A DNA stretch of 64,000 nucleotides from Pristiophorus japonicus (Eukaryota): contig NC_091999.1 of the NCBI RefSeq assembly GCF_044704955.1, forward strand, positions 23,746,001 to 23,810,000, written 5' to 3'. Made by a program: the position numbers and the translations under genes. The notes beneath the pieces were generated by a model, which searched no databases, was not told the DNA's origin, and saw only the letters and a list, made by a program, of their open reading frames with translations. Numbering within the stretch: the first letter of the stretch is position 1; every line of letters starts with the position of its first letter. This document shows positions 63,872 through 64,000 of the stretch, piece by piece.

Positions 63872-64000
63872 AATATATCCAATGCAGAAATCACTCTTCT
63901 GCAACCGTAAGTAGAACAGGTCTTACTTGAGACATTATCCTGTGTCGTGTCTAATGGTCCTTATGGAATCAAAATATCCAGGACTCGAGAAAAGGAAACT
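63872..64000 (+). pseudogene. IGHM: IgM Cmu3 exon 5' part, pseudogene (cluster 2), runs off the window end
   Basis: After ttcacag: ITLLQP*VEQVLLE-TLSCVVSNGPYGIKISRTREKE; about 310 bp of upstream intron is homologous to 981-1291. Confidence 0.9.

Overview
Repeat-rich eukaryotic genomic DNA from a cartilaginous fish, inferred from shark-type IgM exon sequences and elasmobranch-type CR1, RTE, L2, SINE, Penelope and Gypsy repeats. I found no intact protein-coding gene. The non-repeat content is a set of decayed immune and receptor genes that the ORF track misses because of stops and frameshifts. (1) The 3' half of an IgM heavy-chain pseudogene: Cmu3, Cmu4 plus secretory tail, TM1 and TM2 at 1292-6001 (+). 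(2) About 3.3 kb downstream, two head-to-head T-cell receptor alpha/delta-type V pseudogene segments, each with a 23-type RSS (9307-9928). (3) A two-exon GPR139/GPR142-like GPCR pseudogene (-) and a single-exon P2Y-group GPCR pseudogene split by a CR1 at its DRY motif. (4) A second, more decayed IgM remnant: Cmu2 at 56965-57245 and Cmu3 from 63872, with a two-LTR Gypsy element in its intron. The most notable observation is IgM constant clusters interleaved with TCR V segments, which suggests an Ig/TCR-alpha-delta mosaic region. The rest is nested retroelements, a solo LTR, local segmental duplications, minisatellites and N runs. All family calls come from manual translation and motif recognition, not database searches.
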